From Fistulifera solaris (Eukaryota), in NCBI GenBank assembly GCA_030295235.1, contig AP026172.1, positions 868,001-932,000 of the forward strand: a stretch of 64,000 nt of DNA. Direction: 5' to 3'. The notes under the pieces are model-generated. The model was not told where the DNA came from and ran no database searches. It saw nothing but the letters and a program-made list of their open reading frames with translations. Shown one piece after another: positions 25,089 through 36,805 of this stretch; position 1 is the first letter of the stretch, and each line of letters starts with the position of its first letter. The position numbers and the translations under genes were made by a program.

Positions 25089-26745
25089 TTAGTTACAAGG
25101 GGCAATTTTCTGCACATTTCCTTCTACAGAGCCGAACCGCCACGTTGTGTCATATCGGCATAAAACTGTGCATCTTCTTGCTTGGATTTTTCTTTTTTGT
25201 ACGACTTTGGTCTCGTAACGTTGTCGTTTACGGTCAGAAGCTTGCAAGGCTTGTAATTTCTCTTCATACGTGGTTCCCATAGAACGGTCGGCCATGGGAA
25301 TGTGAGTCTCACTATTATTCATGGCTTGTCCATTTTGCTGCAGCCATTCCATGGCCTGTTTCCACGAAACCAACGTTTCGGATGGCAAAGCTGCAAATTC
25401 ATTCGTTAAATTAACCAAAAAGCGCTTATTGTTTTTTTTCGATTGCACACGCGTCTTTTCCAAATAGAATGCTTGCAGGTCATCAGTACGCACTGTCAAG
25501 GACTCGAGTGTTTCCAACAGATTCTGGATTCGTGCTGCCGTTAAAATGAGATCCTTCCACTCCTCTTTTGTGTTTCATAGACAGACCATATATTTGCCAC
25601 TGTATAACCAAATTGCAAATGGCCGAAGCCGCAGTTGTGCAATACCAACGGTCGTTCAGGAGCCAGGGGATAAGCTGGTTTCCTGGGTACTTGTTAATAT
25701 CCAACAACTCAGTAATGAGAGATGGTGATTCGTATCCTCGACCGATACTAAACAAAATGGAAGCAATGCAGCGGATTTGATGCCACAGAAAGGCTTGCCC
25801 TTGAATTTGAAAGTAGCAGACCCCAGACGATCGCGGCTCTTTTTCCACAATAATAGCCTGATGAATCACTCGTTTGAAATTGTACACTTTTTCCACATCC
25901 ATTTTACAAAAGTTCCGAAAATCATGTTCCCCCAGCAACAGGGTCATGGCCTCACGCATGCGCTCCAGATCCAACGATTCGGAATGAAAGAAGTAGCGAT
26001 ACGTCCGGTCGCGACACGAGAACCGCGCCGAGAAGGCATCGTCCACAGGTACCCAGCCTAACACTTGTATGTCAGATGGCAATAGATTGTTGAGAACTCG
26101 ATCGTAGGAGTATTCTCGAACGGTTCGCAATTGTTTCGGGGCACTTGGTTTGCGGGGAGGTACCCAAAGTTGTAGTGCATCTACTGCATTTTTCGGCAAT
26201 TCATCGGTATTCAGTAGCCGTTGACCAGCTTCATCCCAGGATGCTTGTAAGGAAATGGCACTTTTCAATTCCAACGCCACAACTTGGCCCGCCGCACTGA
26301 CACCTTTATCAGTCCGACCACAACGTGAATATTGACAACTTGATCGATCTTCTATCAAATGCGCTTGACGCAACGCACGAAACAATGCCTTTTCGACTGA
26401 CTGATCGTGTTCGACACCGACATTTTCGGCCAAACCAGTGTACTTGGCGCCGTCGTAATAGATTTGCAACGCAATGTGTCGTTTTCGAACCGTCGGCGGT
26501 CCTTGTCGCGCTGCAAGAGCCGTAGCTGGAGCTGCAATAACAGCACTGGTAGCTCTATTAGCTGACTGGGAAGATTGAGAATCTGGATAAAGTGTATCAA
26601 GAGCTGTTCGAAGTATTTCTTCGTTCACCTGATTCGTCTCAAGCATATGAGATAGGATTTCCAAAGCTTGCTCGCCATGTATTTCGAAAGGCTTTCCTTC
26701 CTCTCCTTTGAGAGACTTTAAAATGATAGGTTTCTTCTTTGTCAT
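25089..26745 (-). CDS. PUS3: tRNA pseudouridine(38/39) synthase, TruA family (Pus3/Deg1); frameshifts near 25680 and 25565
   Basis: 'RHIALQIYYDG', 'YSRCGRTDKGVSAAGQV', 'FSARFSC..RTYRYFF', 'GEHDFRNFCKMD', 'GQAFLWHQIRC'. Confidence 0.92.
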
Positions 26746-27515
26746 TTGCTTACTTTAATGAATGAATGGGATAATTGGCAGGAGGTTGGTTACTTGGTAA
26801 GATATTTGTGAAATCATCGAAAATCCTGCGCTTGAAAATTTGTGGCAGGCGCCGGCTGTGCAAGTGAGACAAAAGTGAGATTAGGCGGAAAAGCACCGAC
26901 GTTTACACTTTTACTTTAGTGTAAAGTGTTGTCTTGACAAGACTGATCCAACTTCTTGTCCCGAAACGGTTCGACAGCATCGTAGATTCGTTTTCGTTTA
27001 TTGCCCGAGGGCCTGTACAGCCTCTTTAAGATAATGAGGATAAATATTGTGAAACTCATTGAACAAAACAAAATGATTCATAGACATTCATTCGTCAATG
27101 TGAACGGAAACCGGTAATTGCAAACTCCATCCTCCCTGCCGACTCATGACTGAATCGCAGTCACGAGAAAAGAGCCTCTACACACTTTACAACTGAGGCT
27201 ACACCTTAGACTATAGTCGGATTGTTTTTCCATCGTTCGTTGTTGCGTTCGGAAAGTGTTCTTCTGTTTTGGGGATTTGGGGAACATCTGCTCGTCGGTG
27301 GGAAAGATCGACGATTTTGTTGTTGAGAAGAAGATACGTCAGTCGCAGTTGGTTGTTGGCGCGCGTAAACGAAAAAAAAGACACTTTCTTTCACGAAGAC
27401 GCACAAAATAAGAAAAAGAAGATTCTTGTGCAACTACCAGTTGCCGAGAGCAATTAGTTGTCCTTGAAATAAACGTCGTTGAATCACCTTTCGCTCTCTT
27501 CAATATATATTCAGA

Positions 27516-28659
27516 ATGTCCAGCAAATTCGATTCGGTGAGTTTTGTTCGTTGACTTGTGTGCTTTTTCGCCATTAGAATGCCTTTGTTCCCCCGTTTTT
27601 CCTTAGAAGGTATCTTACGCATGCATTTTATCTTAATCATTCGACTTTCTTCAGAACGCCGCGACTTTGAGTCGCTTTGTCATGTCACAGACGAACGATC
27701 ACGATCTTGTTATCTTGTTAAATGCTCTCGCTATTTCTTGCAAACTCATTACTTCGGCCGTACAAAGAGCCGGCGTTGCGAAATTGTACGGGCTCGCCGG
27801 AGAAGTCAACAGTACAGGAGATGATCAGAAGAAACTCGATGTTCTATCAAATGATATGATGATTAATGCGCTCATTCATTCCGGTGTCTGCAGTATCCTC
27901 GTTTCGGAAGAGAATGAAGAACCCATTGTTGTGCCGCCCGCTTATTCTGGCAAATTCTGTGTCGCCTTTGATCCTCTAGACGGATCCAGCAACATTGATT
28001 GCAACGTCAGTGTCGGTACTATTTTTAGCGTTTACGAACGCAAACCCGGTAGTCACGGATCGGTCGATGATTTGCTCCGCTCCGGGGCGCACTGCATTTG
28101 CGCTGGATACGTCGTCTACAGTTCTGCCGTCGAACTCGTTTTCACGTTTCGGGGAGGCGATGTGCACGGCTTTTGTCTTGACAGTACCATTGGTGAATTC
28201 GTACACACGCGCGAAAAAATGATGTTCCCTGCGGATGGTGGAAAACGCATCTATTCTTGCAATGAAGGCAACGCCGTGCACTGGGATGCCCCCATTCAAG
28301 AAGCGGTCGAATACTTCAAGACGGCAGAACAGCCGTACACGGCGCGCTACGTCGGATCCATGGTAGCCGATATTCATCGCACCATCTTGTATGGTGGAAT
28401 TTATCTCTATCCGGCCGATGCCAAGGCGAAAAAGGGAAAATTGCGATTGCTCTATGAAGGTATTCCCATGGCCATGATCATCGAACAGGCGGGTGGTATC
28501 GCGTCGACGGGAATGTTTGAAGGAAAGATTCAACGAGTCTTGGATTTGACGCCGAATGAAATTCATGCGAAATGCCCTATTATCATGGGGGGAAAGCGGG
28601 ATGTTCAAGTGGTGTACGATCAGTACGCTAAACACGGAGTCAACGTACCGTCGCTCTAG
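27516..28659 (+). CDS. FBP: Cytosolic fructose-1,6-bisphosphatase class I; intron 27537-27654
   Basis: 'GDDQKKLDV', 'VSEENE', 'FDPLDGSSNID', 'RYVGSMVADIHRT', 'GKLRLLYE'. Exon 1 ATGTCCAGC..TCG|GTGAGT is spliced in frame; no targeting peptide. Confidence 0.96.
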
Positions 28660-28820
28660 TCAAGCATAGGCTATGAATGAAGCGAAAGCGAGTGTGTGTT
28701 TCACAAACTCTTGCTAAACGAATGATAAAAGCCAATCTTTAGAAAGATCGAAGTGCAACATTCTAAGTCTTAATCGTAAGCGAAACCCTCTATAGCTGTA
28801 GTCCAAAGCAGAAAAACGTG

Positions 28821-31800
28821 TCATTTGGCAATTGTAGCGCTACCGGTCGAAAGAGTCTGCCATATGGATGCTGTGGGGGAGTCATGCAATGTATTATCCA
28901 CAATACTACCAGACGCATTAATCTCCTTCATGCCCATACGAGCGTGATGAATCTTCATCAATGAAACGGATAATTCGCTACTTTCAGAAGCGTGAGCAGC
29001 GCGCTGCAGCAGAGTTCGCAAAATAGGCTGCACATTGCCAACCCCGCCGAGCTCGAGGCGACCAAGCGCTGTGAGGACATCCTGTGGACCCGCTTCCAGG
29101 GACAAAAAGTCAAAAGGTCAAAATCATCCGAGGTAACTTCTCGTCCACCACATTTTGTCTGAATAAGATGAACGAATTCATCCGCAGGCCGAAGATTTGC
29201 ACGGATTACTTTTGATGGGCTTCGAGGGGCCATGCTTAGCAGCTTAAAAATTCGTCGCAGGAAACGCGCCGATGACTTGCTGTTACCGACATCCAGTGAC
29301 TTAGCTTCAATATAATGCATGTGCGCTCGTACCTTATTCACCGTTTGTGGGTTATTACTAAATTCTGGATGTGCCATAATCTCGTCAACTATCGCGTTGG
29401 GCATCAATGCTCGTGTCAGAAATAATTTGTGGACGATAGAACAACGATTATTGTTTCACACGTACCCAAGTCCAACGCAAGGTCTGTTTCGTTAATTTCC
29501 ATGGCGAAGTCCAGCAGAACTATCAAATCACGTTTGTACATGACGTGTGTGCTGGAAGTTCGCGAAGCAACTGCCATGAAATGCATTTTGTACTCCTTGG
29601 CTTCGTTCGTTTCATCGTCCATCTCTTGCAGGAACTGAATTGATAACTGGCACCACTCCTGCCAATTGATGGAATCTTTGAGTGAGGCGTTCTAAAGCGA
29701 AGAGGAAAGACTAGGCGATTTACTTACATTGACAAGATAATTGTCTCTTTTGCCGCATCCTGACCATCGATTGGGTGCAGCAGATCAGTCAGGTACGTAT
29801 AGAAGAGATCTAAAAGCGGTCTTTGGAACTTGGATCCATCAGCAACTATACATTGTTTCTTAACCTGCCACGGTTGCAAGTCAGGATACGCCGAAGCACA
29901 CAAGTCAACTATTTTCCGACTTGATCCGTCCAGCTTTTCGCCTTGTATGGTATGAAGGCGTTCCACAAACGCAGAGAGCATTGACTGCAAAAGCATATCA
30001 GATTTAAAGATTCTTGTAGCGTCCAACGCCATCGAAAGACTCACCTCTTCGTACAAAATCAGAGATCCCATTCGGGCAATATGCTTCGAAACATCTTTGT
30101 GCCTAGGGTCATGCTGTGCTAATTCGAGAAGGACTTTAATCACATTTTCTGCCCTGCGAGAGTTAGCGGCAACAAGACAGGCGTGCAGCTTAAGGTAGGC
30201 ACCAAAGCGATGCACAAATGTTGTGGCCTTTTCGTGGACCTCACTCTCCTCAGAATTTTTCTCCACCTGGGCAAGGATAACTGTGATGAAGTAATAGGTC
30301 AAAAGATAGCACCTGCGGACAACCTAATGGATTAGAAACAAATAAAAAATTTCGAAACAAATGGAATGAGCGAGTCGGAGAGCTACAAGAACACTTACGT
30401 TTCTTCCCTAGTTTCAACATCGAGAACTTGCTCTTCGACTTGTTCACGTAAATTCTTAATTGCGCGTGGTTTGGAAGAAACCGAAGCCAGATTATTCGTT
30501 CCCATTGATTCCACTGTCAAATCATCCGATATCGTGCTCGATGCAGCAGTCGAGCCACTGTAATTTTGTCGATAGCCCGGCCACAAGATTCGACGCTGAT
30601 CCCATGGCAAGGGGCGAAACGTCTCGCACCAGGCAGGGAGAGCTTCTTCCAGTAAAAATTGCGTAGCCGACACGACTTTTCCATCGAGAGAGCTGGCTTG
30701 TCCATGTGGAAACTTACTCGTTGAGATGCTGGCAGAAGGTGAGCCAGCGTGAATGACTGTCGGGACGGCTTCTGCTGCATGTGAAGACGTATTGAGCTTC
30801 GTCGCTAAGTCAAACAAAACTGCCGTGACATCACCGGGAGGTAAAGCGCGACTCTTTTGCGTTTATGAATAATTTTGGATATCTTCTCACCAAAAAGGAA
30901 ATTGCTAAATACGTGCGACTCAAACGGATCTTCCGACGTAGCACTGTCGTCACCATCTTCAGACTCCGATTCCATAGCCAAATTGGAAGAAGCATTTTGG
31001 AGAAATTCAATGACCTGCTTGCGCCAAATTTCATCGTTCGCCGCTAGTCGTAGCAACAATTCATCACCGTCAATCTCTTCTTCGCCTTCATCCGAATTCT
31101 TCGATGTCACGGTGATTATATCATTGCGATTTTCTTCAGCCTTCTGGCTCGTATTATTATCGTGTGAATGATAGCGATCCTGGTTTACACTCAAACACAG
31201 AGAGAACGTGTCAAGCGCACGATTACGACGGGAACTTGCATTGCTTCGAAGACTCAATGTCGTCTTCCACGACTTAAAGGACCGAATATCTTTTCCACTA
31301 TCGATTCGTTCTAGGTAATTCGTCAGAGCCGTAGCACCCAAAATCGCTCTCCGACCCCGTTCCAGGTATTGCTCTTTCGTCAGACTACTCGCATCCGACA
31401 TGATGGATGTTACTATTTCCCTCGTTGTGGATAAAAGGCCATCCCCTCGCAAAATTTTTCCGTACTTGTCGTCCCAAGCAAAGAATTCACTGACCGCGTG
31501 CTCGCGCTCGGCTTGTCTCCGTTCCGCAAGAGCTCTTGATATCCGTTCATTCGTGGATAACACTGACGATGGCGGTTCATTCTCTACATCTCTTTCCGTC
31601 CGCAATGGTAGCTGTGTCGCTGGAGCGGTGGTTGTGATTGATTCATTCTGATTGGCACTCGCCTCTTGCAAAACAAGGGGCGGTGGTGAATCCAACGGCA
31701 TGCCACTAAGCTGATCGACTACCAATGGAAAGAGTGCCATTACATCGTTCGCTACTGCCTTGTCTCTTTGTTGCCGTTCGCTTTGTAATAATAAATCCAC

Positions 31801-32574
31801 TCCTCCTACAGAATCAAAGCGCAGTTGCAGTGTCCGCGGATAAAGACCGGTAGTTGCATCGGGTGTACTGAGCGGTGCTAAGGCTTTCATCAGTTGATCA
31901 ATCGGTAAGTGAATCAGGCTGATACCATTTACCGCCAAGAGTACATCGCCTCTTCGAATAAGTCCAGCCAGCTGCGCCGGGGACGCTCTGCCGTCATTCA
32001 GTGCATTGAGACTTTGTACGATGACTTTTCCGGCAATGACACTCAGTTTCATCCCCAATGACACATCGCCAAATTCCTCTTCATTCTCGCCTTTTGTTGT
32101 GTCGACGATTCCTACTGATTTGTTCTCGGCTTCAGGTTTGGATTCTCGTTTTCTTACAGCACGCCTTTTTAACGAAACTTGATATTGGGAAGGCGGCATC
32201 GACAATCCCAATACTTGAGTAGATTGTTCCTCAATTTCTACCAAACGTGCCGCAATGCGCCCATTTTTTCGTTTTCGTTTCCGAATCGTCCTTGGTGTTT
32301 GAGGAGAAAGCGTGTCGAGATTATTACTTGGAGGTGTTATTCCGTTTGAGCCACTGCTGATATTTTGTTTGGGAGGAGTTGCCGCCTCTCCCAATTCGTC
32401 GTCATGGACCGTGACGGCAAAATCAACCGCGAGAGGTTTTCGTATTGACGTATCTTGTAAATTATCGATTTGCTGATGAGCGAGCAATATCGAAGAATTA
32501 TTTGGCTCATCATTGTCTTTTTCATCTTGTTGAGCATCTGCATCATTCAATCTCGCGTCCTGTTTGTCACCCAT
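28821..32574 (-). CDS. Large PDZ-domain protein (multi-exon, several frameshifts)
   Basis: PDZ motif 'SLGMKLSVIAGKVIVQSL...SPAQLAGLIRRGDVLLAVNG'; a chain of same-strand ORFs with GT-AG introns near 30313-30398, 29692-29727 and 29410-29465. Exon structure tentative. Confidence 0.6.
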
Positions 32575-32779
32575 TCTGTAAGAATGTTGCTTCTACTTTA
32601 CAATCGCGCAATCAGTCGTTCTCGAACACTCGTCCCCTTTTAGTGCAGTGAAAAGGCATGAACAACCGAGCAGAGCAGTTGCATTGCAATAGCTTTCATT
32701 ATTTCATTGTCATGTCGAAGAAGAATCGAAATCGGGCTCGAAAAGAGGCCATCCTTATCTCGCGGCGTCATCCATGTAC

Positions 32780-33450
32780 TTTATCAGCTACTTTATCAGC
32801 TACAATAATATTGTCCAACAGACCCGGATATAGCACATTTCTACAAGACCCGTTTTTGCAAGTCTGGAAACCGATTCGTCTTTCCTTTGAGACCCCATCT
32901 AAGCGAGCATTGCTCCAACAATTTAAACTATGTACATAGACCGCAAAAATGAAGAAAGATTCAGCGATTCCAAAAGGCTGCCTGCATTTCACGTAGGCCC
33001 CATAAGCGAATGATTTATCGACAGAGGGAGCACCCGGATATTGCCTACGTTTTCATCATCCATCCTTCGTGTCTGTTTGACTGCAATGCCATAAAACCAT
33101 GGACCAAAATTCATCATTTGCACTATTATATAATGGTTACAACCAAGTCGAAATCAAAACGTAGAAAAGAACGAAGATTCAACGCTTCGACTTTCCACGT
33201 GAAATGCACGTTGGCCCCGTAGGAATTTTATCAATGCCGGTAACTTACGGAACGCATCGAACTCGAAATCATCAATTTTCGGGTCCGACAACGACGAACT
33301 TTATCGAACCATATCGCAACATGCCTTAATAGAGGCCATAACGTAAGAATCGACATTTTAATTGAAACACTAGACATGGAAAAGACAACAGACGTACCGT
33401 TGTGATAGTCTACGTGCATTTCACGTTGGCCCGTATAGGGACGGACATTC
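32780..33450. repeat. Degenerate ~212-217 bp tandem repeat, about 3 units (inverted relative of 5030-5990)
   Basis: CACGT(A/T)GGCCC at ~32990, 33207 and 33422; CCCGGATAT at ~32823 and 33033; AAGATTCA 33 bp upstream of the CACGT block in two units. Confidence 0.65.
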
Positions 33451-33564
33451 ATTTTACAGTACGACACTGTAAGCAGATAAAACAGCAACAATAACAAAAG
33501 CAGACGCGTTTCATTTTTCAAGGAAAATACAAAGATTCAAAAGCAATTTGATTGATCACCTTCA

Positions 33565-34846
33565 TGACTGTGGCTCCTCGTGGTAGTACAAACGCCATTT
33601 ATTCTCTTCTTTATTGCTGGGGAATGCTAATTTGCTCCGCCAACGTCAGTGGATTTAGTATTGTTTCAAGTCATCTCTCTGTCACGAAGTGTCGTTCGTC
33701 TCTTTCACCTTTCTTCTTGACGAAAGCAAAACGCCGTGCCTGCATGACAACTCAATCTTCTACATTCAGTGACCTTGATTCTTTCTTTTCTTCTCTACGC
33801 GAAGACGAGAATGATTTTCAAGTTTCAGTAGACGCAGCATTAAAGATACACGCACAATGTTCTCCGGAACAAGTCCGATTTGTCGATGGTACTTGGACGT
33901 TACCGACTCCTTCATCGTCCACATTGAAACCACGACAACTTTTCGAACAAGGACCGCGTATCCCAAATGCCATTTTTCTCGACATTGATGATTTGGCCGA
34001 CACAACGACGAATTTACCGCACATGATGCCATCACCTACACTCTGGAATGCATACATGAATGCGTATCAGATTACCAACAATCATCACTTGATCGTTTAC
34101 GGGCAGACGACCAATTGTATGTATATTCATCGAGCATTTGTGCAGTTGTTGTCTATGGGGCACGATCCTTCGAAATTACATCTCTGTACCGCGTCGTTTG
34201 AAGAATGGCAGGCGGCTGGTGGACCCGTCGAGACGTCTGTAAAGTCGGTATTAACAGCAAAAGAAGTCCTGGATAGGGACTCTACCGGAACATACCAAGC
34301 CACGGAACCTCAAGCTGTTATAGATAAGGATGCGCTTCTTTCGATTGTGAACACACAAAGCAAAAGCCTAGTTGACAACAACAAGTACCGCATCATTGAT
34401 GTCCGCTCGCCTGACCGGTTCTATGCGCGCGTAGACGAGCCTCGACTTGGACTGCGCAAAGGCCATATACCCGGAGCAAGGAATGTCTTTTTCGCTTCCC
34501 TTTTGCAGGACAAGGCACCGATTCGATTGAAACCCAAAGCGGACCTGGAGCCAATTTTGGCCGATTATCTGAAATCACCTCAAGGGGAACAAGAAGAAAC
34601 TACTATTATATCATTGTGTGGAAGTGGTGCTACGGCTTGCACGCTTAAAGCAGCTCTGATGGTTTGCGGAAGAGATCCCAAATCAATATTACTGTACGAT
34701 GGAAGTTGGTACGTTGTGAAGGACTGCATGTTGTTCCTCGCTGTTCTTTTCTATTTCAATCTCTCACGTCCTGGTTGCTCGTCCTTATTTTGAACAGGTG
34801 TGAATGGGGTGCTGATCCAGAGACTCCCATCGTTGTTGGCGACTAA
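33565..34846 (+). CDS. MPST: 3-mercaptopyruvate/thiosulfate sulfurtransferase (tandem rhodanese), probably organelle-targeted; intron 34709-34797
   Basis: 'RIPNAIFLDID', 'LPHMMPS', 'IDVRSPDRF...EPRLGLRKGHIPGA', active site CGSGATAC, spliced 'LYDGSWCEWG'. Confidence 0.92.
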
Positions 34847-35060
34847 TAGCGTGAATATGATGGTCTATATTTTGGAACCGTAATATTCTGTCGTGGATTT
34901 TGGATCACGAAACGATATCACTATGATTATTTCCTCATGTTCGCTTCGTAGCACCGGGTACCAGGTATCCCTAATGTCTAATGTTCATGTAACTCTTAAC
35001 TCTTGATTGATTCTTGATTTGTTCCCAATACGTACCAGGTAGTGACACTCGGACGTAACA

Positions 35061-35316
35061 ACGTCATCCCAACCACGGTACGTCATTTTCATTGTTTTTA
35101 CGACCTGCTCGGAAGGGAGAGAAAGGCTTCTGAAACATGCCGTAGTTGAAAGTAGAAAAGATAGTGACTTGCTTCAATATCGAAGTCCGAAAGGCCCAGT
35201 TGTCTTTAAATATTCTGACATGACGTCAGAAATGCTCGGGGGTGACGTGAGAAGCCATGACTGTAGCTTTGCTTGTCCAAAGTTCAAATAATCTTGACAC
35301 CTTCGTTCACACGTCA
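35061..35316. promoter_or_regulatory. Cluster of five TGACGT/ACGTCA (CRE-like, bZIP/aureochrome-type) sites upstream of the HSF gene
   Basis: Sites at 35061, 35080, 35221 (full TGACGTCA palindrome), 35243 and 35311. Confidence 0.5.
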
Positions 35317-35835
35317 CTCCCTCTGCCAGGGTTCGAAATCGGCTTGCAGCGAATGCTCGAACTGTTCTTACTTAATTACCACTTTCGGCAGTCATTGACT
35401 ACGTAGATTCCTTACGAAGCTGTCTTCGTAGCTAATCTAGTTGGTTTTTGCAAGTACGCATGTGGTGAAACGTACGATCGCTGAACTCCTTCCATCCCAC
35501 ATTTCAAAAACTTTGTGGTGGTTTCTCCACCGCTCGGTCTGACATCCAACCGATTTGTTGACGCCAAAGTGTCAGCCAGCCTACGTTGCACTACTCTTTT
35601 GGTATGGTGAACATTTCCTACGGCACTCATTAGAATCCTTTTCCTTTCTCGATTCTCGATAAAAAAAACCAATAGGAAGAAATTATTCTAACCATCGGGT
35701 TGATGGCATTATTTTCCTCGTTGCTAAAGTCTTCCGATTCATCAATTACAAATTATTTTGGTTTATCATTCTTTCCTCGGTGAAAGACGCAAAGTATTCA
35801 AGAACTACCAGACGCACAAAAACAAGACTGATATT

Positions 35836-36644
35836 ATGGCTGCCCTGATACATCACGACATAATGATCCCTCAAAGTATTACATCAAGTAACAGCCCAGC
35901 AAGTGCCATGGCGTATTTCCCTTTCCCGCGAACAGGAAAGCGTGGAGTTCCTCAGCAGTTTCCGCGACGTCTCTTTGAGATGCTGGAAGGAGAAACAAAA
36001 CTTATGGAACTCGATCCTGTCAACCATCATCAGATTATTTCGTGGTCCGATTCGGGTAAAGCCTTCAAAATCCACAACATCACCGCCTTTGCGGAAACTA
36101 TTCTTCCCAAGTACTTTCGCACAACGAAACACAGTTCGTTTCAGCGCAATCTGAACTTGGTATGTGGACTTTCTTGCTGATTCTTATTGCCATCTCTCTG
36201 AATTCCTTTTGACTTATATAATCACGTTATCTTCCACAGTACGGCTTCACGAAGGTACGCCGAGGCCCGGAAACCGACATGTACGCGCATCCTTCCTTCT
36301 TGCGTTACGAGCCAGAATCCTTGGTGCATCTGCGAAAGGTAACCACCACTGATCGGAAACGATGGGAGAGTGCTACCGTATTGACACCGGACATGCGCTC
36401 CGTGTCGCCGACACATTCCTCTTCATCTGCCGCATCAACCGTAAAGCACACCGCTCCATTGCCGCCCATGATGCCCCAATGGACATTACATCATAACAAT
36501 CGAGTCCCAGATACGCTCACTTTTACCATTTCGCCACCTAATAAGTCCTGTGATCGTGGTAAACTCGATCTATTGGCTTTAGCGATGGAACAAGAGTTTG
36601 CGGCAGCTACTACCGCTGGAGTTCTACCCATGCTACATACCTAA
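35836..36644 (+). CDS. Heat-shock transcription factor (HSF DNA-binding domain); intron 36160-36239
   Basis: 'FPRRLFEML', 'IISWSDSGKAFKI', 'ILPKYFRTTKHSSFQRNLNL|YGFTKV...YAHPSF'; C-terminal 'LDLLALA' repression-like motif. Confidence 0.92.
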
Positions 36645-36805
36645 AGCCTACAAACCTGGGGAACGCCGAAGATCCCCTCCGCCGCCTGTATATTCTTCTA
36701 CATATTTATCGTCACCTATCTTTGCTACGCCGCTAAATTATGACACTGACACAAAATTCACCGCTAATGCTCCTATATCTAAAATTTTCAAGTTCTAAAG
36801 AACGA

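Noticed and set aside
27976..28635. Long antisense ORFs opposite FBPase (and similar ones opposite ZIP, SLC35A and clpB)
   Set aside because: Shadow ORFs arising from codon bias of the sense gene; no recognisable motifs.
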